From: Octopus sinensis | Lineage: Eukaryota | Assembly: GCF_006345805.1 (NCBI RefSeq) | Contig: NC_043002.1 | Span: 11,036,001 to 11,100,000 of the forward strand | DNA: 64,000 bases | Direction of reading: 5' to 3' | Shown: one piece after another, positions 12,283-24,204 of the stretch | How the letters are laid out: every line of letters starts with the position of its first letter | How positions within the stretch are numbered: the first letter of the stretch is position 1 | Position numbers and translations under genes: made by a program | The notes under the pieces: generated by a model | Database searches by the model: none | What the model saw: the letters and a program-made list of their open reading frames with translations, nothing else | What the model was told of the DNA's origin: nothing

Positions 12283-12753
12283 TACTTTTAATCTGCACGT
12301 TTGTTACAATCACTTGCCGAGACACACTCAGCGACCTAGGGAGAGTGAAGGATAAGAAATGTTACAGAATGACTGAAAGCTTGGGGAGGGGAAGTGGCAA
12401 GAGCAGTAGCGAAATATCTTCATGTAATACGACACATACATTTAAATTGATAGGGTTTTCTAAGGATGTGGGCAGTACTTGTCAGCACAATCTTTCGGAT
12501 TTCTCTGAGACATAGTTCTCCTGGGATATTATCCATATGTTTCTGACATCCCTTCCTTATCATACCCAAGGTACCCACAATAACAGGAACAGTTCTCGCT
12601 TTAAGATGCCACATCTTTTGTATTTCAATTTCCAGGCCCTTATATTTACTTAGTTTGTCAAATTCCTTTACATCTATTATTCTACAAGTATTTTCTTTCC
12701 TATCTCTAATGACTATGTCTGGTCGATTAGCCTGGATCATTCTGTCGGTGTTG

Positions 12754-12980
12754 CTCCAAGTAAGTTCCGTGAAAATATTTCTTTACACCTGGATTGGTGT
12801 TGTTTTGCAATATTTATTTTATTCCAAGTTGTGAATAGAAACACCAGGAACCTGTTACTGGTTTTCTATGTTTGTTTAGCCCTTAGAGGGGCCACATTCG
12901 TCCCATCAAATAATTTTGGTGGACGTTTAATTTAATTGAATCAAATACTACACGACAAGATGGCGGAGCGCGTCTTGAAA
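12754..12980. mobile_element. 227-bp unclassified insertion inside the Dong RLE region
   Basis: Flanked by GTGTTG (12748-12753 and 12981-12986). Removing it restores WDFPVNTDRMIQANRPD. Confidence 0.7.
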
Positions 12981-15223
12981 GTGTTGACGGGAAAATCCCA
13001 GGGGATAGTGACGACCGGCTCAGGATGATGTTCGTACCAGTAAGCAGGAGTGTTGATCTTTTAGTATTTACATATTTTCCAATGTAAATACTGTTCTACC
13101 CTGTTGTGGCGATTTTTGTATTTGTTTGGTGTCAGCACAGGACATCCCGAGACAAGATGATCTACTGTTTCATCAAATGAACCGCATAAATCTGCATTTA
13201 GGGTCAAAACCGTTTTGAAGAACGTTAGCCTGGCAGTTGTTTGTGAGCAAGCTTTGATCTTGCGCCGCTAATATAAAACCTTGAGTTTTTGCTTTCAGTT
13301 TTGAGCTTCTCAGCCACTGATGGGTTGTGGCTTGGTTTACATTAGCATTGTGGCTTCGAAGTATATACAGTCCATGTAGAGGTTTCTGTCTCCACCGCTC
13401 CTCAATTTGTTTCTGCCCGTTCTTTCTTGTAGTCTGTTTCGTCCATTTTGATGGCTTGGTTTTAGGTTCTTCCTCTAATTCGGGGTTAATACCGAGTTCC
13501 CTTGCGAATTTGCAAGCTTCCTTGACAATATAATGTGATCTTTTGCGGCTTCCGTATTTGCACACAAGCCGCAGCATCCAGTCCTCTGTACTATATAAAT
13601 ACTTGTTTATTGCTAACGTGGGAGACTTATAGCACAGTTCAACCGCCTTCATTCCTTTTCCCCCATTACTTCTAGGTTGATACAGGCGATCAACATCTGC
13701 TCTTGGATGGTGCATGATCTTAGTTGTGAGTAGCTTTCTTCTTCCTGTCTAGACATTAGAATTCTGTGAGATTCTAGTTAATGATGTTAAAACTGTATTG
13801 GGCAGCTGGAAGTGCCAGGGTTTTAATGGCCTCGATGCGATTTTGGGAGTTGAGTTCAGTTTTTAGTATGAGTATGTAATACTCCTTGCTTATTTTTTCC
13901 TTCATAGTAGCATGTTGTATTCCATCTCCTTCGTTTATCCCCCGGTATTTGTAATTTTCTTGTGGGTCAAGCTCTTTGATGGTTATGTCGGTATCTAATT
14001 TAATGGAAGCTACTTGTTTGAGCTTGCCTCTTACAAAAGTTCCTTTAGCACACTTATCAAAACCAAAATCCATCCAAATGTCATTGCTTAACTCTTTAAC
14101 AGTTGTTAACAGCCCTACTAGCAAACAGCTTCAGATCGTCCATATAAAACAGATGGTTTTTAACCCATACCTGGTGTTACTCAGATCTTTTGAGAGTGGG
14201 ATCAGTGCCATGCAAAAGAGTAAGGGGGGAGTTACCTTCAAAGATGCCTCGTTCGATGTTGATGTTGTTAGATTGGCTCATCTCATTATTATGCTGTAGA
14301 AGGAGACGTGTATTCCACTTGGCCATGCAACCTTGTAAGAATTTGGAGACAACACAATCAAACACTTTCCTGTCGTCTGTCCATGCCATACTCAGGTTCT
14401 TTTTCCTCCGGCAATTCTCTACAATCATTTTATTTATGAGTAATTGATCGTTGCATCCATAAGTATTCTTTTTACAACCTTTTTGAGCTTGTGGAAGGAT
14501 AGAGTTCTGTTTCAGGAAAGCGTATATTCCTTCAGTTTGAATCGAAGTGAGGATCTTGTACGTGGTGTTGAGACATGTTGTTGGTCGGTAGTTCTTTGGA
14601 TTTTTCCTGTCTTAAATTTTTGGTAGAAGGTATGTTGTTGCTTTGGTCCACCAAGCAGGTATTTGCTCTGGGTTCTAGATGACATCAGTTAAGGATGCAG
14701 CAAAATTTTGCTGTACTTCTATCAAACAATTCAACCAGAGGTTAGGGATCTGGTCCAGTCGTGGGGGTTCTCCATTTGTGACACTTTCTAAGAACACATA
14801 TTAGCTCTTCTACTCCTATTGCCTCTCATTTCTCCTCTTCAACTTCATCCAGTCTCACTTTCTCACGTTTTATCCAGTCAGCTTCAACACTATACTCTTT
14901 TTGTTGCCCCATATCTTCTTCCACAACTCTTCCATTTCCTCAGCCTTAGGTGGCTTCTTTACTTCTATCTTACTTCTGTCTTACAATTTCGCTATAACAT
15001 TTCTTTACATAAGTTTTGAATACCTTGTTTTGTCGATAAAATTTGATTCTTTTGTCGTATTTTCTGAGCCGTTGGGCTTTCACTTGTATTCGTTATTTCA
15101 CAATTTCCTTGGTTACAGGGAGGTTTATAAAATCTTTGAATTTTATATTTTTGCTTGATTTTTCTAGCTTGTTTCTTCTTAACATTTACTCCTCTACCAA
15201 GTTCATCGAGAACTGATCTATTA

Positions 15224-15493
15224 TTTGAAATGTTTTTTCTAGTAGAACTGTTATATAAAATCTATTAAAAACCAACTCCTTCGAAGCTGGATCCAGGGAA
15301 TTCCTTGATTAATATCCCACGAAGTTTTCCTTCAATTGCACCGATGTTATCATTTATAAGCGTAGGAGTGGCTGTGTGGTAAGTAGTTTGCTTACCAGCC
15401 ACATGGTTCCGGGTTCAGTCCCAATGTGGCACGCCGTGGGACTGAACCCGGAACCATGTGATTGGTAAGCAAACTACTTACCACACAGCCACT
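15224..15493 (+). repeat. Chimeric local duplication (copy of 8975-9072 joined to copy of 17420-17595)
   Basis: Direct match to both donors, with 4-bp CACG microhomology at the junction (15318-15321). Confidence 0.9.
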
Positions 15494-16011
15494 ACATTGT
15501 TGCCCGCAAAAATTCGATCTCTTTTTGCATTCCTAATTTCAACTTAGGCGGTCTATTGACATGGTTGGTCCTTTTCTCTGTCGTCCTGGTACCTCGTTGA
15601 GCAGTTACAACTTCAGTAGTAGAACAGATGAGGTTTATTTAAGCTCGTTAGGTTAGTTCCCTAATTTATTAAGAACTAAGAACAACATTATATAGCATGA
15701 TTGTGTTGTTATATTTTATGCTGTTTGAGAGATCTGGTAGCGGTTCTCTATTGATCATGTCAGTAAATTCAGTCTTGCTGAGTTCTCTCATAATATCTTC
15801 TTTTGCTTCTATGATCTTCTCTTTATTATTCACCTCAAATTCTATGTCATATCTATTCTATTGAGGTAGGTCTACATTTTCCTCTTTTTCCATACCTCTG
15901 TTCTTCACTATTCTCCGTTCAGCTCCCTCGTTGGGATGTACAGCTCGTACACTGAGTTCTGTGCTTCTCTTATCTATTTTATTTACATTGTTGCTCTTTT
16001 CAATTGGTCTG

Positions 16012-16410
16012 CTATGAGTGGCTGTGTGGTAAGTAGCTTGTTTACCAACCACATGGTTCCGGGTTCAGTCCCATTGCGTGGCACCTTGGGCAAGTGTCTT
16101 CTACTAATGCCTCGGGCCGACCAAAGCCTTGTGAGTGGATTTGGTAGACGGAAACTGGAAGAATCCAGTCGTATATATGTATATATATGTGTGTGCGTGA
16201 TTGTTTGTGTGTCCCCTAGCATTGCTTGACAACCGATGCTGGTGTGTTTACGTCCCCGTCACTTAGCGGTTCGACAAAAGAGACCGATATAATAAGTACT
16301 GGGCTTACGAAGAATAAGTCCCGGGGTCGAGTTTCTCGATTAAAGGCGGTGCTCCAGCATGGCTGCAGTCAAAATGACTGAAACAAGTAAAAAGAGTAAA
16401 AAAAAAAGAG
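16012..16410 (+). mobile_element. SINE-B nested in Dong element
   Basis: GAGTGGCTGTGTGGTAAGTAGCTTG head, internal microsatellite, GACTGAAACAAGTAAAA tail. Confidence 0.92.
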
Positions 16411-17459
16411 TCCTAATTTGTTTAATTTCAGCCTCAGTTAACCTTTTATTCTTAATGATGTCTCAACATACATTATTTAGTTTATTTGCGCTTAAATATT
16501 TGCGTACTTCATTGCCTACTAAGTTTCTCCATGAAGTGTATGTTTGTACAATGAGGTGATTGTTTGGGTTCCGTTGGACTGTATAGAAAGCTTTCAACAC
16601 ATCTCTATAATCCTTTCTAGTCCATTTTATGCATTTTGGTTTAGGTTGTGGTTTTGCTGGTGTCCTTATAGGCCTAGGATTAGGCTTATCCTGGTTCTAG
16701 TTACCTAGTAGTTCGTTCTTTTTGTTGGGGTTTTTTTTTTTAGAGAGAGTTTGTTCCGGAAACAAACTTTTCGACCTCATTTTAGTTCCCCCCTGGGTAA
16801 CGTGGTCTTTATCCCAGGGGATGACCGATCCGGCATGAGCTTTGGTTTGTCATTAAAGCATTGAAGGTGACAATAGGAGGCGGGTCTGTTTGTTCAGAGT
16901 TGACCTTTTGACATGACACCTCTTCCTTGTTCTTCGAATTGATATATGTCTCATATCGTAGGCTGATAGATCGGAAATCGCCTCCATCTTTTTTTGGTAG
17001 CTATGTTTCCGGGTATAACTGTTTGCTGATGTTTTAAACTGAGTGACCAATTTGTTCCTTTTTATATTTGTTTGTGGGAAGTTGCTTTCTTTTATTTGAT
17101 TCGGCGTCGCTCGTGACACGTATTTTTCTTTTATTTTCTCTACGCGTACGTGTTTGTCGTGTAGGCATTATTTACGTTGCTTGTAAATATCAGCATGTGC
17201 ACATGGATGTGTGGACAGTTGCATGTATAGGTAATTATTCAATGTACAAACTTACTGTGTAATCGGTGTATTTTCCAGGGTTCGTGGTGCTGGTTTCGAA
17301 GTCTTGCGTATGTCACATGAGATATCGCGCGTTTAAGAAAGAAACTACGCTGTATCTAACAAAAATCTTTCCGATTTTTTTGCTCCTTTGCTTTAACAGA
17401 ACTTTTTCTACAGTTGTATCACGAAGTTTTCCTTCAATTGCACCGATGTTATCATTTAT

Positions 17460-18110
17460 AAGCGTAGGAGTGGCTGTGTGGTAAGTAGTTTGCTTACCAA
17501 CCACATGGTTCCGGGTTCAGTCCCAATGTGGCGCGCAGTGGGGCTGAACCCGGAACCATGTGGTTGGTAAGCAAACTACTTACCACACCGCCACTCCTAC
17601 GCCAATGAGTGTTGTCGGAGTTTCTACTATTCATGTGTACGTAAGAACAGTTTTAACATCTCTTAACTCTTTACTCTTTTACTCTTTTACTTGTTTCAGT
17701 CTTTTGACTGTGGCCACGCTGGAGCACCGCCTTTAGTCGAGCAAATCGACCTCAGGACTTATTCTTTGTAAGCCTAGTACTTATTCTATCGGCGTCTTCT
17801 ACTATAGCCTCGGGCTGACTAAAGCCTTGTGGATTTGGTAGACGAAAACTGAAAGAAGCTCGTCGTATATATGTATATATACATGTTTGTGTGTGTATAT
17901 GTTTATGTGTCTGTGTTTGTCCCCCAACATCGTTTGACAACCGATGCTGGTGTGCTTACGTCCCCGTAACTTAGCAGTTCAGAAAAGAGGCCGATAGAAT
18001 AAGTACTAGGCTTACAAAGAATAAGTCCTGGGGTCGATTTACTCGACTAAAGGTGGTGCTCCAGCATGGCCACAGTCAAAATGACTGAAACAAGTAAAAG
18101 AGTAAAAGTG
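17460..18110 (+). mobile_element. SINE-B carrying an internal inverted, templated insertion (17534-17792)
   Basis: Head at 17460-17533 resumes at 17793 (GTCTTCTACTATAGCC). Between them lie an inverted head and an inverted copy of 19745-19927. Confidence 0.85.
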
Positions 18111-18521
18111 TATTCGTATTATTATTGGTTCGTGGCAGGCGGCAGAAGCATGCCACGTGTTCTTTATGATCACATGATAACTTCCTGTCTCGGCAAGTAC
18201 ATTGCCTTTTATGTAGAAGACTGCTGTTATTACGGTGGATGTAATTTCTGGTATTTACATCTTTTATTTTATTGAATATTAATAACTGCATTAATTAATT
18301 ATGTAATCCTTCGTTTATATAACAAATTTGAAATTAATTTAAATCGTTGTCGCAACAACTTCATTAAAAATTAAATTTGGTATAAGAAAACTAACGTCTG
18401 TAAGCGGTTCTTGACATTATGACTAATCAAAAATATACTCCGGTGAATGTGTTAAATTTAGATTTATTTGGCAGAAGACTATGGTGTGGTTTTGTCATTA
18501 TGTGTTTTATGTTTTAAAGAT

Positions 18522-18930
18522 TCCATCCATCCAACCATCTTCTCTGCCTAGAGGAGGATCATGTAAGGAGTCCTCAAGCATCTCCTCTATTGGAGACTAT
18601 CAAAAGCAACCCTCATTACACTTTCCACCTGGATTCTTAAGCGTGACCGAGTAACACTATGGATCTTATCGAACCATCTCGTTCTTGGTCTCCTGTTAGC
18701 TGGATTGGGCCTGAAGAATCAATCTTTTGTTTCTTTCCTGCAACATTCAAATCACATATCCGTAGCGCCGGAGCTGTGACCTCACAATGCGGAGAAGTAC
18801 ACACTCTGTAGAGTAACGTTACTACAGAATTCCTTCAAAGGAATCCCATTTTGGCCGCTTGTGTTCGTGTACGTAGTCTTTCGGTCATACCCAACGTTCA
18901 TGATCATAGGTGAGAATAGGCTCGGAAACC
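18522..18930 (-). mobile_element. RTE-clade LINE 3' fragment
   Basis: PILTYDHERWVMTERLRTRTQAAKMGFL; LLRIVRSQLRRYGY; RPRTRWFDKI. (TGGA)n-type tail. Confidence 0.8.
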
Positions 18931-18967
18931 GAAATAAAAATAGCAGGTTTGTTTTTTTTTTTAGGGC

Positions 18968-19222
18968 TTATAAATCTAATATTTTCCTATCCTTCCTTAA
19001 TACCGGTTCCCATATGGTGTTCATATCTGCACTCGGTCTGCTTAGGAGGTTGTTGTATCCTAGCATATGTGCTGCTTCTTTTAGTTTTCGTATTTTCCAG
19101 TGGTGTTCTCTGTCTATTATTTTAATTTCATCCCACGGGGGGAGGTGGTCTCCATTTGTGAAGATATGAGCAGATATGAGTAGCATATGGGAACCGGTAT
19201 TAAGGAAGGATAGAAAAATATT
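18968..19222 (-). mobile_element. Penelope-like element, GIY-YIG endonuclease C-terminal fragment with inverted terminal duplication
   Basis: HLPPWDEIKIIDREHHWKIRKLKEAAHM..SRPSADMNTIWEPVL. 18977-19031 is inverted at 19168-19222. Confidence 0.75.
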
Positions 19223-19450
19223 CTGGTGAAAATATGCTCTCCAAGAACAACGTATCTGCATTGCTTCAATAAAGCATTGGTTGCTTAACGATTAGAAAGT
19301 GATATTGATGTCCAGTCTAAAAGAGTCATGAAGATAGTTAATTAAGCCAAATTCCCAACCCTAAATACAAGACTTCAAAAGTCTCTGCCGAGGTATGAGC
19401 TCGGAACAAGAAGCTAAACATTTCTAAACTGAATGTTAGAAATGTTCTGT

Positions 19451-19862
19451 TAGGCGTAGGAGTGGCTGTGTGGTAAGTAGCTTGCGTACGAACAGCATTG
19501 TTGCGAGTTCAGTCCCACTGCGTGGTACCTTGGGCAAGTGTCTTCTACTATAGCCTCAGACCGACCAAAGCCTTGTGAGTGCATTTGGTAGACGGAAACT
19601 GAAAGAAGCCCATCGTATATATGTATATGTATAAATGTATGTGTGTGTATGTTTGTGTGTCTGTGTTTGTCCCCCTACATCGCTTGACAACCGATGCTGG
19701 TGTATTTACATCCCCGTAACTTAGCGGTTCGGCAAAAGAGACCCATAGAATAAGTACTAGGCTTACAAAGAATAAGTCCTGAGGTCGATTTGCTCGACTA
19801 AAGGCGGTGCTCCAGCGTGGCCACAGTCAAAAGACTGAAACGAGTAAAAGAGTAAAGAGTTA
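19451..19862 (+). mobile_element. SINE-B, full length
   Basis: Matches the family consensus seen across the window. Confidence 0.93.
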
Positions 19863-20500
19863 AGAGATGTTAAAACTGTCCTTACGCACACATGAATAAT
19901 AGAAACTCCGACAACACTCATTGGCGTTTCCTTTGGAAGGCGGCATTTATGTTTTACTGAGATTTTTGAAGACCTGAGTTAATGGAACCTTTGTTAAGAA
20001 AGGAAAACCTGACGTCTTATAACGCACGGAGGAAAAAAATCAAACGTTTCCTCAAGAATATGGATTTTTTGGACAAAAGCAGTACAGGGGGGAATCTACA
20101 TCCAATTTCCTAATCTAAATTACATTATTGAGTGAACAAAAAAAAAAAACATAATAATCCAGAAAAAATCAAATAACCTTAGAAAATTTGAAGGAAATGT
20201 TCTGGTATTTATTCCGGGCGCCGTCAAAGAGAATATTTTGGGGTGATGTTCATCAAAGCGTTCATAAAACAAAATTCGACAAAATTCCAGAACTTATTCA
20301 AGAGGAGATGTTAAAATTGAAGAATAAACTTTTTTTTTTTTGGCCCTCATGTCACATAGTTATTTCCTGGTGCCATAGATCAATCACACAGAATCTTTCT
20401 ACTCTGCATCGACGTATTTTGGTAAACATGTGATTTTTGTTGTTGTTTGTTTTGTTTTTTTGCAATTCTCAAAGTTGAATCAAAAAATAGAAACCTTTTG

Positions 20501-20930
20501 AGATCTTTTCGGTTTGAACGGCAGTTTTTTCTAGCGGTGTCATATGAAATTGTCACCCATAATTATGACCCTAGTATCGATCTATTGCATTTCAATCTAT
20601 TTTAGGGTTAGGGTTAGTTTGGGTTAGTTAGGGTTAGGGGTGAGGGGAAGGGTACCTTTTATCGTCACAAATGTAAATAAACCCAATCTGTTTCTTAAAC
20701 GAGGGACATATTCATACGGCACAGAATGTTGTTTACCTCAATGGACGTCAGTGATTGGTTGAAATTGCAGAAATTGAAGAAAAAAAACAACAAATATCTT
20801 ACAAACTATAGAATTTTCTCAATAAAGCCAAGAGAAAAAGATGTTTTATAAACACATTCTACCAGTATACGAAGTTTTAAATTTTTTAGTTATCTAAAAA
20901 TTATGTTAAAAACTGCCGTTCAAACCGTTC
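20501..20930 (+). mobile_element. TTAGGG-carrying MITE (right TIR damaged)
   Basis: TIR GATCTTTTCGGTTTGAACGGCAG; TSD ACCTTTTG; TTAGGG-like tract at 20602-20640. Confidence 0.9.
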
Positions 20931-21039
20931 AAACCTTTTGATTGTTGGAAATGATCTGTTTCCCTGATTTAACGAATACACGACACAAAATTAAATGAGT
21001 CATAGCCATCAGATATTCATTTATCTATTTATTTATTTG

Positions 21040-21218
21040 TTTCGGTCATTTAGCTGCGGCCATGCTGGAGGAACACATTTAGGCGAACAAATCGACCCCA
21101 GGACTTATTCTTACTTATTCTTTGTAAGCCTAGTACTTATTCTATCCGTCCCTTTTGCCGAACCGCTAAGTTACGGGGACGTAAACACATCAGCATCGGT
21201 TGTCAAGCGATGTTGAGG

Positions 21219-21274
<56 letters not shown>

Positions 21275-22242
21275 CGACGGGCTTCTTTCAGTTTCCGCCT
21301 ACCAAATCCACTCACAAAGTTTTGGTTGATCTGAGACTATAGTAGAAGACACTTGCTCAAGGTTCCACGCAGTGGGACTGAACCCGGAACCATGTGGTTG
21401 GGTGGTTGGTAAGCAAGCTACGTTATTTCAAAATTTTGCCATAAAGGCATTACAAAGAGTAGCTTGTGGGCTGGACAGAAACATTGATGAGATGAATGAT
21501 GAAAAAGGATGATATTGATGGGAGAAGACAAAAAACGCCCGCCGAATTTTTGCTTCTCTAATACATTATTCTTTTTTTTTTACATAGTAAACCTCTTACT
21601 TTAGTATGTAATGTTAAATTATTATTAGATTTTTTTTTTCATTCTTTTGCCTATGTTTATTTTATATGGCGACGTACCGTAAAAGATTGGCGACGTACCG
21701 TAAAAGAGGGAATACAAAGGAGTGACAGAGAGAGAGAGGAGAAATGGAAAGAAAGGAAGAGACGAAAACAAGAGACTATGGTACTACAACCAGCCAGGAA
21801 CAGTCTTCGCTACATTTGCGGTACCTGCCAGAGGAAGTGTTTGTCCAGGATAGGACTACACAGCCACAGCAGGAAACGTATCAAGACATGAAATATAAAA
21901 GCCGGACTAGACTACTTCATGCGCAACTCCATTGTCTCCCGAGACAGAAAGGATGCCAATACAATACCAATACTTTAGTATGTAAACCTCTCACTTTAGT
22001 TCTGTAGTTCGTTCTCAGTTGAGGCTTACAAACAATAAACACAAGACAAAACAACAGACTGAGGCATTAAACCTCCTACATTAATGTTAATACACAATAC
22101 GAGGCACTAAGCCTCTTAATTTTTCCGCCCCGCCGTCACCCGACCAGGCTTAATGCCACACTCAAGCACCTCGATGGTGCTAGGTCGGGACTTTTTGGCA
22201 AAAAGCGAAAAGCTACTTATCACACAGCCACTCCTGCGCTTA
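21040..22242 (-). mobile_element. SINE-B split in its head by a retroelement insertion
   Basis: Body at 21040-21422; remainder of the head (AGCTACTTATCACACAGCCACTCCTGCGC) at 22211-22240. Confidence 0.88.
21423..22210 (-). mobile_element. 5'-truncated ORF1-only L1/Tx1-like element inserted in SINE-B head
   Basis: 3' ~165 bp closely match 34755-34910. ORF end KSPDLAPSRCLSVALSLV resembles GPDLELEHCLREVYDLI of the 34-kb copy. Shared AGAGG..CCT hairpins. Confidence 0.75.
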
Positions 22243-22507
22243 TATTCATAATTAATTTACCACATATTAGAGTAGCATCAAGTCTTACTTTTTGTCCCTA
22301 TATGTTTATTCAATTACTTATCTTCTTCTCTGTGAGGTTACAATATGTCTTTATCTAATTGAATTCTTCTTTAATGTTTGGTAAATTTTGGTTAATTACA
22401 CTTACATTTATGCCCAAGTGCCCCATCAAAACATTGTGTAAATCTAAGTGACCCACGATAATAAACCAGTTAAGAACCCCTTCTCTACAGACTCCACGAG
22501 TATTTTA

Positions 22508-22923
22508 GGATCTTTTCGGTTTGAACGGCAGATTTTAACATAATTTCTAAGTAACTAAAAAATTTTAAACTTCGTATACTGGTAGAATGTGTTTATAAAA
22601 CATCTTTTTCTCTTGACTTTATTGAGAAAATTCTATAGTTTCTAAGATATTTGTTGTTTTATTTCTTCAATTTCTGCAATTTCAACCAATCAGTGACATC
22701 TGTTGAGGTAAAAAGCATTCTGTGCCGTATGAATATGTCCCTCGTTTAAGAAACAGATTGGGTTTATTTACATTTGTGAAGAAAAAAGATACCCTTACCC
22801 CCACCCCTAACCCTAACCCTAAAATAGATTGAAATGCAATAGATCGATACTAGGGTCATAATTATGGGTGACAATTTCATATGACACCGCTAGAAAAGAC
22901 TGCCGTTCAAACCGAAAAGGTCC
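22508..22923 (-). mobile_element. TTAGGG-carrying MITE, intact
   Basis: GG...CC TIRs; perfect 8-bp TSD GTATTTTA (22500-22507 and 22924-22931). Confidence 0.95.
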
Positions 22924-23379
22924 GTATTTTACCTGAATGACAGTTATTATTACTAGTAAATATGTTTCTGCTACACGTATTCACTATCACCGAGCATGCT
23001 CGGTAAATGTTTCGTTAATTTCCTAGTGCTTATTCTATCTTCATTCCAATTTCAAAGTTTCCCTTCTAAAATCCCTGACATCAGCCTTGCTATGATTTGT
23101 TAAAAACAGCGTAGATTGTTGACGTCGTCTTTCAGCTTTAAACAAGTCCCAACCGAGAAGATATTCAATCAAAAGTCGTTTAACAATGACCATCTTTCCT
23201 TTTTAGTTTTAGATACAACTGCTTTATTCGATGCGAGATTACTTTATTTCAGGCCGTAACATGTTATTTGAGGAATAATTCGTTGCTTTTTTCTAGCAAA
23301 TCGCATGAAAATTTATTTGTGTTTGTATTTTCTTCAGTAAAATTTTTAATTCATTTTGTTATTTGGAAATTTATCGAAC

Positions 23380-24170
23380 AATTTTTAAACCAATCGTCGT
23401 AAAATTAACCTAATAGCTCGAGGTCCCAGATATAATTTATTAATCTGAGATTCAGCAACTTCTTAATGTAGATATAATTGAAGAATGTCAGTTTCCATGG
23501 CGAGAACAAGTGCCGGTAATAAAACAAGGAAGAACACAAGAGAATCATGATTGATTATAATCAAACAATAAAAATTTTATAATGAATTGGACGCTTATCC
23601 ATTACGAAAAATTAATGAGATGGTATTGAATATTGCTCCGAATGAAGTATAAAACACATTAGTAGCGGGTTGTGCTTATCATCAAGTAGCACTTATAGTG
23701 TCAGAATGACCTACCACTGTATTTGAAGCATATAATTCACTTTGCTGGTTTAATCATATACCATTTGGAGAAATCAGTGGAGCTGCATTCTTTGAACTTG
23801 TAATAGATGAGATTATATGAAAGAAAGATGTTAAAGGAGTTTTCACTTATCTGGGCAATATAACAATTGTTGCTGTAAGTCAATTATATTATGATAATAA
23901 GTTAAAGCAATTTCTCGAGATGGTAAAATTCTATAACGTTAACCTCAATCAAGACAAAAGTATTTTCTCAATAAAGAAATAAGCTTTATTATTTTCAGGA
24001 GTTACATTAGATCCATCAACGACAGTAAAGATACTATTGATAAATTTTATGGATAACAACCTAAAGTTAAAAACACTGACAGGCATATTTTCGCGTTGCC
24101 TTTTCGCTCACATCCAAGATTTTCCAAGAAAGATGAGATAATTGACGAAAAACAGGAAATTTGATGTGAT
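23380..24170 (+). mobile_element. Degenerate Ty3/gypsy reverse transcriptase relic
   Basis: MIDYNQTIKFYNELDAYPLRKINEM..AYHQV..TVFEA..HIPFGEISG..FTYLGNITI..NLNQDKSIFS, with stops. Confidence 0.85.
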
Positions 24171-24204
24171 AACTTGACGCAGATGTCTTTCAATATATTT
24201 TAAA

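Larger units (their letters stand above)
12283..16850 (-). mobile_element. Near-full-length degenerate R4/Dong-clade retrotransposon
   Basis: N-terminal KWTRKDYRDVLKAFY..ANKLNNV..KNKRLTEAEI (16420-16640); RT remnants NLSMAWTDDRKVFD, RGIFEGNSP, MDFGFDKCAK; HPRADVDRLY; GFILAAQDQSL; RLE NRPDIVIRD..IIDV..PVIVGTLG. (TAA)n tail. Three nested insertions. Confidence 0.9.

Noticed and set aside
15318-15321. Spliced-mRNA (processed pseudogene) junction
   Set aside because: The nearest GT/AG sites would leave 2-4 extra bases, and the copy includes a SINE foldback; microhomology explains it better.
20602-20640. Telomere or chromosome-fusion site
   Set aside because: The short TTAGGG tract is internal to a MITE present in several copies.
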